A stretch of 44,555 nucleotides of DNA from Octopus bimaculoides (Eukaryota). The notes beneath the pieces are model-generated. The model had not been told where the DNA came from. It saw only the letters and a program-made list of their open reading frames with translations, and ran no database searches. The stretch lies in NCBI RefSeq assembly GCF_001194135.2, contig NC_068988.1, positions 23,951,103 through 23,995,657 on the forward strand, read 5' to 3'. The position numbers and the translations under genes were made by a program. Positions 1-11,072 of this stretch are shown here, in pieces (the stretch's first letter is position 1; each line of letters opens with the position of its first letter).

Positions 1-50
<50 letters not shown>
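1..50. repeat. (TG)n microsatellite
   Basis: Pure TG dinucleotide run at window start. Confidence 0.98.
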
Positions 51-54
<4 letters not shown>

Positions 55-383
55 CACCGTGTTGTAAATCAATAACGATGGACCAATCTATATTCTTTAG
101 TTGAGGAATGTTTTCTAAATGGTAACCGCATTTTATCGTAATCAGCTCCTTCTGTAGAAAGAATTGTAACTCCGATCACGTACAGCTAACACATAGGAAA
201 AGGATGACACTGCTTCAGAAAAAAATATTGGTGGTGCTATGGAAACGCATTTTGTAACATCATTGATTTATACACGCACGCAAACCTTCATGTTTGTGTG
301 TGTGTGTGTTATGTGTGTGTATTATGTGTGTGCGTGTGTGTGCGTGTGTGTGCTTACATATATGTGCCTATATATATATATAT

Positions 384-437
384 NNNNNNNNNNNNNNNNN
401 NNNNNNNNNNNNNNNNNNNNNNNNNNNNNNNNNNNNN
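384..437. other. Assembly gap; first of 12 N-runs (also 3287-4029, 7641-7670, 11074-11311, 14263-15241, 23175-23808, 24909-25188, 29091-29223, 33486-33957, 40170-40467, 41890-42286, 43274-43558)
   Basis: N runs read directly; most are flanked by (TA)n or (CA)n tracts. Confidence 0.99.
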
Positions 438-1944
438 TATAAATATATAGATAGATAGATAGATAGATAGAGAGATAGATAGATAGATAGATATGTAAAT
501 CTCTCATGCACTTATTTATCTGAGAATATATTAATTTTATGATTCTTTCTCTCCTTTATGATATTAAGAAATACATTTATACAATTCTTGTTTAATGTTT
601 TCTTTATTCGTGTTTGTTGAAAGAAATGTTGAAACATTTGAAGAATATTCCAATATATCGATTATGTAGTTTTTTTCTTTTTCTCTGATTATATTACTCT
701 ATTTTAATATCAACATATAGGTTTTTTTTCTTTGGATGCGAACTGCAAAATTGTTGAAAAAATGCCATAAAATGAAAGCGCTTATACAGAATCCGTTTAA
801 ATTTATTGATGAAATTAAATTAGATGATTATTTAAGTATAAACGACACCAATTTTATGAAGACTCCGTAGAGGGCATTCTGTCGACTCAAGTATATTCTT
901 AATATCAATATTTATTCAGGGACAGTTTAGAGGGATGTGTACACTCGCTCAGTCGATACCGCTTTAAACGACAAATATTTCTTCTGCGTTTTAATACCTC
1001 CCTTTATGTCCCAATTTCAAATCAATGATTTGCCTTTCAGTTCATCCTCTCAGGGTCAATACAGTATGTCACAGTCAAGTACCAATAGTTTAGCTAATGA
1101 ACTATATTCCTTTGTATAATGTATCCTTTGTTTAAATTTAGGTCATGTGAAAAATGAATATTCTCCAGCATGTCTATTGCCCATCAGAAATGATTAAGAT
1201 TTTAACTAAATATTATCACTCCATTGATTTCATATATTTTCCATGAAACTGTCTATTAAATAATAATGATTGTGCTGTTTCTTCCCTTATCTTTAAATAT
1301 TCCCTCTATATCTGATAGAAAGAATTCAGTATCGCTGGTGAGCATACTTATACTGAGGTAAAGTAATATCGGGCTGACACCGATAATATAGTTTCAATTT
1401 TTTGTAGAAGCCATCTCACTTTACATAGTTTATATTCTTGAAAAAGACACGATTCAAACGCATATCTACAAGTTAAACAGAAAAAAAAAAAGCTTACACA
1501 CAGAGGAGTCGATGGTATTAGTCAATGACAAATATTTCTATTTTTAAAGCAATCCCGAGGGGAAATTGTGGACATACAAAATCTTCCTTAATCAAATGTT
1601 TCATTGGGCTACATCAGATGTAAAATGTACTATGCCCTTAATAACATATAAAGTCCATAGTCCATAAAAATCGATCTAATTCCATGACTGTGGATCTAAT
1701 TCCATGAAGGGGACAAAACTCTGGTAAAATTTATTTTTCGTTTAATCTGTTGGAGAAAATAAGTACCTGAAAATATAATGGTAAAGTTATATTTGCGGTA
1801 AACGTCTGAAGGTGTTGGTTCATCATTGCTGTATCACATTAAGTTAAATCAGTAATTGAGTAACATATAAGCTCGAAAACAGTTCAGATACATTACATAT
1901 TTCTGTACTCGTTCACGAAGTTAAATAAGATTGTATATATACAT

Positions 1945-2178
1945 ATTCTATTACTGGTTTCAATCACTTGACAGCGGCCATACTGGTCCAGCGCCTTGAA
2001 AGGTTTTTCAGTCGTGCAAATCGGCACTAGGGTTTAACTCTTAAGCTTAGGACATCCTATCGTTCTCATATGCCACCCCACTAAGTTACAGGGACGGAAA
2101 CACACCAACAGCGGTGATGGGCGAACAGCACAGACACACATACATACATATGTACACACACACACAAACACACACACA

Positions 2179-2265
<87 letters not shown>

Positions 2266-2426
2266 GACAGGCTTCTGTCAGTTTCCGTCCACCAAATCCA
2301 CTTACAAGGCTTTGGTCGGTCAGAAGCTGCAGTAGAAGATATTTGTCCAAGGTGCCACGCAGTGGGACTGAACCAACCCGGATCCATGTGACAAAGAAGC
2401 AAGCTTCTTACGACACAGCCACTCCT
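1945..2426 (-). mobile_element. SINE family B (tRNA-like head, CORE-like block, internal TA/CA microsatellite, 3' tail), full length
   Basis: Minus strand starts AGGAGTGGCTGTGTCGTAAGAAGC (A-box-like), GGTTCAGTCCC (B-box-like), GGCACCTTGGACAAAT (MIR CORE-like); homologous to copies at 5402, 9555, 15626, 35493. Confidence 0.85.
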
Positions 2427-3102
2427 ACACACATACACACACACACACACACACACATAAGTACAGATGTATGTAAGTATTAGAAGGGAATCACTATAAA
2501 AACTCTTTCTTTCGGTCTTCTCTAAATATTCGATTAAATCAAAGCAGAATTGATGCTATTTCCATGGATTCGTGCCCTGGTTACCTTTATTAAAAGATAA
2601 TTGATCTAATTTAAAATTCTTGTCATCTCATACATTTTTGTCTTTCTAACTGAGAACTTAATTTCTCTTGCAGTTAATGACATTTTCATCTTTGTTAATT
2701 GCTTTTTTATTTGCTCTCTCATTTTTAACTACGGGGAAAAAATGGACAAGACAAAAAAGTGGAACTTTCCAGAAAATTTTCTTATTGAAAAATTTAAATT
2801 CTAATGGTGCATAGAAGATGGATCGCTTCATCTAAGGAGCTGTAATGTGCAGAGGTTATTAATATGTTACGTTTCCTTTTTGTTTAAAGTGTTGCAATTA
2901 GCATAGTCACATTACATACATACATACATACATATATACATACATACATATGTATATGTGCATATATACATAAGCATATACGTATCAATTTATAAAAGCA
3001 TATATGAGACCAAATGTGTGAGATAGTGAAATGGTTTGCATTTACGTAATACGTTGTGTATAGAGATTAGATGCAAAACTAAAGCACTTCGCTCATACAT
3101 AC

Positions 3103-3180
<78 letters not shown>

Positions 3181-3229
3181 ATATATATATGTATATGAAA
3201 TAAAATGTATATGTAACATACACACACAT

Positions 3230-3286
<57 letters not shown>

Positions 3287-4109
3287 NNNNNNNNNNNNNN
3301 NNNNNNNNNNNNNNNNNNNNNNNNNNNNNNNNNNNNNNNNNNNNNNNNNNNNNNNNNNNNNNNNNNNNNNNNNNNNNNNNNNNNNNNNNNNNNNNNNNNN
3401 NNNNNNNNNNNNNNNNNNNNNNNNNNNNNNNNNNNNNNNNNNNNNNNNNNNNNNNNNNNNNNNNNNNNNNNNNNNNNNNNNNNNNNNNNNNNNNNNNNNN
3501 NNNNNNNNNNNNNNNNNNNNNNNNNNNNNNNNNNNNNNNNNNNNNNNNNNNNNNNNNNNNNNNNNNNNNNNNNNNNNNNNNNNNNNNNNNNNNNNNNNNN
3601 NNNNNNNNNNNNNNNNNNNNNNNNNNNNNNNNNNNNNNNNNNNNNNNNNNNNNNNNNNNNNNNNNNNNNNNNNNNNNNNNNNNNNNNNNNNNNNNNNNNN
3701 NNNNNNNNNNNNNNNNNNNNNNNNNNNNNNNNNNNNNNNNNNNNNNNNNNNNNNNNNNNNNNNNNNNNNNNNNNNNNNNNNNNNNNNNNNNNNNNNNNNN
3801 NNNNNNNNNNNNNNNNNNNNNNNNNNNNNNNNNNNNNNNNNNNNNNNNNNNNNNNNNNNNNNNNNNNNNNNNNNNNNNNNNNNNNNNNNNNNNNNNNNNN
3901 NNNNNNNNNNNNNNNNNNNNNNNNNNNNNNNNNNNNNNNNNNNNNNNNNNNNNNNNNNNNNNNNNNNNNNNNNNNNNNNNNNNNNNNNNNNNNNNNNNNN
4001 NNNNNNNNNNNNNNNNNNNNNNNNNNNNNTATATATATACGCACACTCACACACACATAAACGCACGTACATATGCAAACACACACAACCACTCACACCC
4101 AGATATATA

Positions 4110-5393
4110 TCAGGCTGAATAAAAGGTAAGCAACGTTTTGAAACAGTAAATTTATCATAATATATTTCAATAGTACGGAATTTTTTTTTTTCACCAAAGT
4201 AAGTAACATTACAATCAAAATATTTTTGCCAACCAACGAGTTACAAAATTGTTTATTCCGGTAACATAAAAATCTTGAGTTCGGAGATGGTGAACTCTTT
4301 GAACGCACTTTCAGCACCGGTTTGCTTTTTGAACTCATTCTCTCGCAGGAAACCATCAAGGTTCTTGAAAAAGTGGTAGTCTGTAGGAGAAAGGTCTTGA
4401 GAATAAACTGGGGAAGAACTTCATAGCCGAGTTCCCTCAACTTCTGGATCCTCGTTAGTGAAACGTATGGTCGAGCATTGTCATGAAGAATGATTAGTCT
4501 TTTTCTGTTGACCAGCCTGGGACGGACGAGTAGTAGGTTTTCGTTCATTTTGGCAATTTCATGGCAATTTGTTTCTCCAGCAATGGTTTTTCCGGGTTTT
4601 AAGAAGTTATAGTGGATGAGTCCAGCGGTACATCACCAAAGAGTCACCAAAACATTATTTTTTTAAGAGCTCGGGTTTAGAGAAGGTTTTCATTTTGGTC
4701 CAACCATTGTGAATAACGTTTGTTTTTTTATTGTATAGAATCCACTTTTCATCGCAAGTTAAATTACGGTCAAGAAATGGATCGGTCTGGTTACGGAGAA
4801 GAAGCGACGAGCAAATTTCACATCTGTGCATTTTCGAATTTTCTTTCAAATCGTGTGGAACCCATTTGTTGGGCTTTTTTGATTTTCCGATCGCTTGCAA
4901 ATGGTTGCAGGCAGTTTTCTTGCTAACCTGAAGTTCTTTTGGCAATTCTCGAGTAGTTTTACATGTCTCTTTCTCAATGACGGTCTTTAATTGACCTTCA
5001 TCAGTGACAGGTGGGACTCCACTACGCTCACGATCTTCAAGACTCGGGTCACCACTGAGAAATCGTTTAAGACCATTTTCGAGCCGACCACTCACTGGTC
5101 ATTGCCTCACCAAATGTTTCGTTGATATCGCGGGCAGTTTCAGCTGCTTTGCGCCATTTATTGAAGCTGAGTAGCAAAATTTCTCGAAAATCGCGCTTTG
5201 ACAGTTCCTTTTCAGATGATTGTAACAACGGTAAAAAAATATATCAATGCTAATTTATTGATGCCTTTGGGCAAATCTATGTCTGTATTATCAAACAATT
5301 GCCAAAAAATGTTTTAAAAAGTTCAAAGCACTGCAAAAATCCGGTACAAATTCTTCATGGTTCAAAATGTAGTTTACTTATTACTCAACCTGA
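4110..5393 (-). mobile_element. Full-length Tc1/mariner (DD34D, Hsmar1-like) transposon, inactive
   Basis: 33-bp TIRs 4110-4142 and 5361-5393 (26/33 identical), TA on both sides, 1284 bp length typical of mariner, internal transposase pseudogene. Confidence 0.95.
4188..5210 (-). pseudogene. Mariner transposase pseudogene (frameshifts, stops, start codon ATG>AAG)
   Basis: Fragments RKAAETARDINETFG, SLEDRERSG, KWVPHDL, TCDEKWILY, ILHDNARPYV, LGYEVLP, YSQDLSPTDYHFFKNLD match Hsmar1/Mos1 motifs (WVPHEL, YSPDL); all three catalytic Asp residues are visible. Confidence 0.93.
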
Positions 5394-5401
5394 TATATAC
5401 T

Positions 5402-5819
5402 CTCTCTTTTTTACTCTTTTACTTGTTTCAGTCATTTGACTGCGGTCATTCTGGAGCACCGCCTTTAGAGTCGAGCAAATCGACCCCAAGCCTTATTCTT
5501 TGTAAGCCTAGCACTTATTCTATCGGTCTCTTTTGCCGAACCGCTAAGTTACGGGGACGCAAACACACCAGCATCAGTTGTCAAGCAATGATGCGGAGAC
5601 AAACACAGACACACAAACATACACACACACACATACACATACATATATATATATATATACATATACGACGGGCTTCTTCCAGTTTCCGTCTACCAAATCC
5701 ACTCACAAGGCTTTGGTCGGCCCGAGGCTATAGTAGAAGACACTTGCCCAAGGTGCCACGCAGTGGGACTGAATCCAGGACCATGTGGTAGGTGGGCAAG
5801 CTACTAACAACACAGCCAT
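5402..5819 (-). mobile_element. SINE family B, full length, abutting the mariner TIR
   Basis: Same head, CORE-like block (GGCACCTTGGGCAAGTGTCTT), internal microsatellite and tail as other B copies. Confidence 0.87.
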
Positions 5820-5855
5820 AAATAGATAATGGTCTTTACGTGCTTTATAGGCTTA

Positions 5856-5927
5856 CAGCTGTCTCAGATATTCATTTTGTTAGTGTTCATGGTCATTAGA
5901 CCATGAACACTAACAAAATGAGACATG
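5856..5927. repeat. Perfect 23-bp inverted repeat (5872-5894 / 5899-5921, ATTA loop) within a TA-flanked MITE-like unit
   Basis: TCATTTTGTTAGTGTTCATGGTC-ATTA-GACCATGAACACTAACAAAATGA; outer arms CAGCTGTCTC / GAGACATG; TA at 5854-55 and 5928-29. Confidence 0.8.
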
Positions 5928-6633
5928 TATTGTGAACAACCGTTGGAGTGCTCTCATCGTCAGAGTCCACAGGAAATGCAACAGAACCCTGAATGTTTAC
6001 ACGTCATGTGTGCGCTATATAATAAATAAGACGACATGCATGCTAGAAAATATCGTGTCATAACGAAGATATGACGGTCATCATTAAGTAAAAGCTGTAT
6101 CTTGGGAATTGAGGAAATAAACAAGCTGTTATTCATGAGTTAAATCAGATTATTAGTAAATAAACATGGGACACACGGCGCTAATTAGAGCCTGTAACAC
6201 GATCTGAGCAAGTTGTACTTTGCATATTTATCTTCTTAGAAAGATAGAGCTTCTGAGTTTCTGATGTTTTTGATAAAGTCTAAATTTTCTAAAGAATGTA
6301 AAAGATAAAAATCCTTTGGTATTGGCTTCCATTTCTTGCACTGTTTTCCCCTAATACGCATTGTTGTAGTTTTCTAAATCATGCACACACATACACACAT
6401 AGACACACACACAGAAACGCACGCACGTACGCACACCAATACATACATATTCTTATACACACACACACACACATATATATATCCAGATGTCTACAGAAAT
6501 AGTTGCATACACAATAAATATTATAACAGAATTCCCAGAATACCCGGCAACGCTCGGGTGTTAACGCGTTCAGGTTTTGGCTTGATTACCTTAAATACTT
6601 GAATTTGCATATATATATATACTAATATATATA

Positions 6634-6754
6634 TGGCCTGCAATTTTGATGGGAGAGGAAGGTGATTACTTCGGCTCAAGTTTTCAACGGGAACATATTT
6701 TATCGACACCGAAAGGCAATATCTACCTCGGCGACATTTGAACTCAGAACGTAA
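6634..6754 (-). mobile_element. SINE family C, degraded fragment
   Basis: Reverse complement contains TTACGTTCTGAGTTCAAATGTCGCCGAGGTAG and TCGATAAAAT, as in C copies. Confidence 0.65.
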
Positions 6755-6809
6755 TACAGTTTGAGCATTGTATAAGTTATATTGTGGTTGATATTATTTG
6801 ATTTGTGAA

Positions 6810-7020
6810 GACTGCGAGCAGGCGTCATCGTTAGCTCGCCGGGCGAAATGTATAGCAGTATTTCGCCAATCACTAGATTCCGAGTTCAAATTCCTCCGAG
6901 GTCGTTTTTTGCCTTTCATCCTTTCGTTGTCGATTTAATTGGTACCAGTGAAACACTGGAGTCGATATAATCGACTAGTCCCCTCCCCCTTAATTCCAGG
7001 CCTTGTTCCGTTCTTTGTTA
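6810..7020 (+). mobile_element. SINE family C (tRNA-derived with long internal hairpin)
   Basis: GCCGGGCGAAATG...TATTTCGCC hairpin, GAGTTCAAATTCC B-box, GCCTTTCATCCTTTCG, GTCGATATAATCGACT, GGCCTTGT tail. Confidence 0.82.
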
Positions 7021-7443
7021 TTGCTGTCGATTAGGGGTGATGCAGCTGGTAGTATTTTAAAATTTTATCCTGTGATTCTGTTGATTAGGAGTTTTATTTC
7101 TCTTTGGGACCCCGGGTCTATTTTTGTTCACAAGTTGTGTTGGGGTGTCGCTTGTACATATATCGGTAACAATATACCCAGACATCTGCCAAGTGGCTTT
7201 GATGACTAAAATAGAGTGTGCGAAACACCAATCGGCAAGCAAAGGTCATATGTGATTGTTACTGAAATCGTTCTCTACTGATCTCTATTGCCAAGTGGGT
7301 GTGCTGGGGTGAGTGAGAAAGATTTTGACTTGGAATACGAGAAAGAAAGATTACTGATGCCTATAGAGATTTTAAAGGGAATACTTTATAAAACTGTGTT
7401 CACTAATGTTATATACACACACCCATCACGCACTTTCAGTGTG

Positions 7444-7640
7444 TATATATATATATGTGTGCGTGTGTGAATGTATGTTTGTGTGTGTGTTTGTGTGTAT
7501 GTATGTATTATGTAATAATAGTTTTTAGAAAGATTACCGAACGTATAGACCGTCAGCAAACTCCAGCTTCGTCTTCAGGGTTACGTAGTCGTGACGTAGG
7601 AATACGGGCTTGATGAGCGATCAGCAATAAACGGGTATGG
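7444..7640 (+). repeat. Identical ~197-bp duplicate of 7886-8082, ending at the 30-N gap
   Basis: Base-by-base comparison showed no differences in the non-microsatellite part. Confidence 0.9.
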
Positions 7641-7687
7641 NNNNNNNNNNNNNNNNNNNNNNNNNNNNNNGTGTGTGTGTGAGTGAA

Positions 7688-7805
7688 AGCGAATGGCTCG
7701 CTGGTTAGAGCGTCGAGCTTACGATCGTGGGTTTGTGAGTTCGAATTCCAGACCGGGCTGCGTGATGTGTTCTTGGACAAGACACTTTATTTCATTCCAC
7801 GTTGC
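7688..7805 (+). mobile_element. SINE family A, head plus partial CORE-like block
   Basis: TGGCTCGCTGGTTAGAGCG A-box, GAGTTCGAATTCC B-box, TGTGTTCTTGGACAAGACACTT. Confidence 0.75.
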
Positions 7806-7818
7806 ATTCTTACGACGT

Positions 7819-7898
<80 letters not shown>

Positions 7899-8388
7899 GT
7901 GTGCGTGTGTGAATGTATGTTTGTGTGTGTGTTTGTGTGTATGTATGTATTATGTAATAATAGTTTTTAGAAAGATTACCGAACGTATAGACCGTCAGCA
8001 AACTCCAGCTTCGTCTTCAGGGTTACGTAGTCGTGACGTAGGAATACGGGCTTGATGAGCGATCAGCAATAAACGGGTATGGAAGGCGAGGGGAGGAACA
8101 TGTAGCAGCTGTAAAGAATGTATTTATATGAAAATTTGTATTTACAATCGACATAATGTAATCATGTCTTGACATATTAATTACATCCTGTAAATTGTAT
8201 ATGCCTCTTTCATACAAAAACATTCCCTACGTCTTTTGTTGTTTGTCTGTCTCTGTACTTCTGTGTATACTTTTTCGAGTGCGCCTGTGTTCATGTTTGT
8301 ATATATATGTATATGTGTGTGTGTGAGTGAGTGAGTGTGTGTGTGTGTGTGTGTGTGTGTTTATGTGTGTGTATGTGTGTGTGTGTGT

Positions 8389-8630
8389 AAAGGCGTGTGG
8401 CTTAGTGGTTAGAGCACTCGGCTCACGATCGTAAGGTCATGATTTCAATTCCCGGCGACGCGTTGCGTCCTTGAGCAAGACACTTTATTTCACGCTGCTC
8501 CAGTCCACTCAGCTGGCGAAAATGAGTAGTACCTGTATTTGAAAGGGCCGAGCACGTTAATTTCACGAGCACGCTGTTCCGTTGATCGTATCAGCTGGGA
8601 CCCTCGTCGTCGTAACCGACGGAGTGCTCC
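8389..8630 (+). mobile_element. SINE family A variant
   Basis: TGGCTTAGTGGTTAGAGC head; CCTTGAGCAAGACACTTTATTTCACGCTGCTCCAGTCCACTCAGCTGG CORE-like block shared with 21099 and 36133. Confidence 0.82.
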
Positions 8631-9021
8631 TATGTGTGTGTGTATTCAATTAGAAGGCATTGGTAGACCTGAGGCTATAGTATCACATACTTGTCCGTGT
8701 TATTATGCTATGGGGCAGACCCCCAAATCATATGACCGAGAAAAGAACTTGTTAACGAAGCGGCAAAACTTGTCCAGTTTTTTAAATGTTTTTTTTTTAA
8801 ATGTTCCACAAGGTCTTTTTTTTCCCTCAAAATGTGTCCAGTTTCTAAGAATGCCATCCTGCCATTTGGCATTCCAAGAGACTGAGTCAATCTTTCTCAA
8901 CACAGTAGTTAACAATATTCACACATAATTATCTTACTCCATATTTTCCTTAATCTCACGTTATATCATACACCTTACACATACGACCGATAACCATTTT
9001 GTTCCCACAATCTCGTTAATA

Positions 9022-9422
9022 CAGGATGTTCAAAACGTCTCTCCGCAGTAAGAATTTTATTGCAAAATAAATATAAGATGGTATAAGACTACAAAATAAC
9101 ATATTAGACTTTACAAGACTTTAAAAAACTTTATAAGAGGTGTTGAAAGTGTGGTCTTTCATTTTCAGTACATAAGCTGACTCTTCTAGACATGTTTTGA
9201 AAAACATCTTGGAGAGTCTGACGCGGTATGGGCCGTGTGAAGGTTATGATTGCGTCTTTTAGCTCATTAATGGTTTTCAGGTGATTCTTGTACACAGATC
9301 CTTTACTTGCCCCCAAGAAAAAAGTCTAGTGGTGTTAAATTAGGTGATCTTGGTGGCCAAATCCCTTCGAAATAATCCGTTCACCGAAAAATTCACAGCG
9401 GAGAGACTTTTTGAACACCCTG
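9022..9422 (-). mobile_element. 401-bp internally deleted Tc1/mariner derivative (rosa/DD41D-like C-terminus)
   Basis: 28-bp TIRs CAGG(A/G)TGTTCAAAA(C/A)GTCTCTCCGC(A/T)GT (25/28), TA both sides; minus strand encodes EFFGERIISKG/WPPRSPNLTPLDFFL...VYKNHLKTINELKDAI...MSRRVSLCTENERPHFQHLL*. Confidence 0.88.
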
Positions 9423-9554
9423 TACAAGATTCGCCTAACAACGCTGTTTTAGACGAAGCGTACTCAGCAACATTCCAACAAGTAATTCGATTCCATGTTT
9501 TCTGTTATGACTATTGATGGTTGCATAAAAAAAAAAACATTTATGCGTGTATAC

Positions 9555-9699
9555 GCAGGAGTGGGTGTTTGATAAGAAGGTTACTTCCCAACCATATGGT
9601 TCCGGATTCAGACCCACTGCGTGGCACCTTGGGTAAGTGTCTTCTACTACAGCCTCGGGCCGTGAGTGGATTTGGTAGACGGAAACTGAGAGAAGCCCG

Positions 9700-9780
<81 letters not shown>

Positions 9781-9996
9781 TGTGTGTGTGTGTGTATGAT
9801 CGTGTGTTTATGTTTGTCCTCCCCACCATCGCTTGTGCAACCGATGCTGGTTGTAACTTAGCGGTTCATCAAAGACACCGCTAGAATAAGTACTAGGCTT
9901 ACAAAGAATAAAATCTGGGGTCGATTTGTTCGACGAAAGACCGTGCACCCGCATGCCCACAGTCAAGTACCTGAAACAAATGAAAGAATAAAAGAA
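9555..9996 (+). mobile_element. SINE family B, full length
   Basis: Head GCAGGAGTGGGTGTTTGATAAGAAG, GGCACCTTGGGTAAGTGTCTT, internal (TA)(TG) tract 9701-9796, tail ending GAATAAAAGAAT. Confidence 0.87.
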
Positions 9997-10307
9997 TATA
10001 GTAATATATATATTCGCCATGATAGATCGCTGACCACTACACATTTTTTTTCTCTCCTTTTTTTCTCTCCTTGTATAAACAAGTGCAAGTTTACTGCTGC
10101 CTGAGATTTACATTAAGCGTATATGTTTCTGAGGAATACTCAGTCACATACACACCTATTTTAGCTACAGATAATTATAATTTCAGTTGAACGTATAAAT
10201 AAATTCTTATCATAGAAAGACGGACATCCGCCATCACCGTTTCTACATACGTAAATAAATGGAATGATTAAGCTAGCAAGCGGGAGTGAAAGAGAGAGGA
10301 CTAGAGT

Positions 10308-10309
<2 letters not shown>

Positions 10310-10385
<76 letters not shown>
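10310..10385. repeat. (AG)n microsatellite
   Basis: Direct reading. Confidence 0.97.
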
Positions 10386-10387
<2 letters not shown>

Positions 10388-10987
10388 TGAATAAATAGAC
10401 AATTAGATTGCTAGCTGTAAATATAAATAGTTCATTTGCGAATGGGAACGCTAAATTACGCGTATATATTTGTTGTAAGTTCAACATGTTTTCCGATATG
10501 ACATTTCAGACTTCAATACTGAGAGAATTATTCGTAAAGAAGCCGTACTAAATCGGTAAACTACTGTTTTATCTTACAACTACAAAATGTTTGCTGGCTT
10601 CAGCAACAATTTGAAATTGAACTAAGCATCTGGATCATGCTTCTTCTTTCCAACAGACAAACGTAATTAAGTATATAGCGTTTTGTTTATACAACGTCTG
10701 AAGCGCATTCCTTTCGTTTTGCTATTATTAACATTTCTTATCTCTCTTGATGATGTTTATATGGTTATTGTTGGTGGTGTTTTCGTTGTAGCGACTGGTG
10801 ATGTTGTTATTGTTGTTGTTATTGTTGTTGTTGTTGCTGCTGTTGTTGTTGTCGTCATTGTTATTTTTACCATTACGAAGTTCGGAATTTTGTTTAAAGG
10901 AAATAAAATTATTTAACTAGAAGTATAATTTTGAAGTAAATGCTTTCAAATCATTTTACATTATATATACAACTTCTCTGTCTGTCC

Positions 10988-11040
10988 GTATGTATGTATG
11001 TATGTATGTATGTATGTATGTATGTATGTATGTATGTATG

Positions 11041-11072
<32 letters not shown>

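Noticed and set aside
1673-1707. Short local tandem duplications (also 22585-22636, 29565-29610, 37362-37392, 44130-44175, 44260-44348)
   Set aside because: Two-copy slippage products; no spacer structure, so not CRISPR-like or regulatory arrays.
2990-4096. Long ORFs in the track spanning N-runs (also 10940-11459, 14116-15376, 22987-24016, 33350-34048, 39896-40544, 41746-42472, 43146-43593)
   Set aside because: They are open only because N and (TA)/(CA) repeats give no stop codons.
8703-8915. ORF with WNAKWQDGILRNWTHFEG
   Set aside because: No donor site, A-tract-derived lysines, no recognisable motif.
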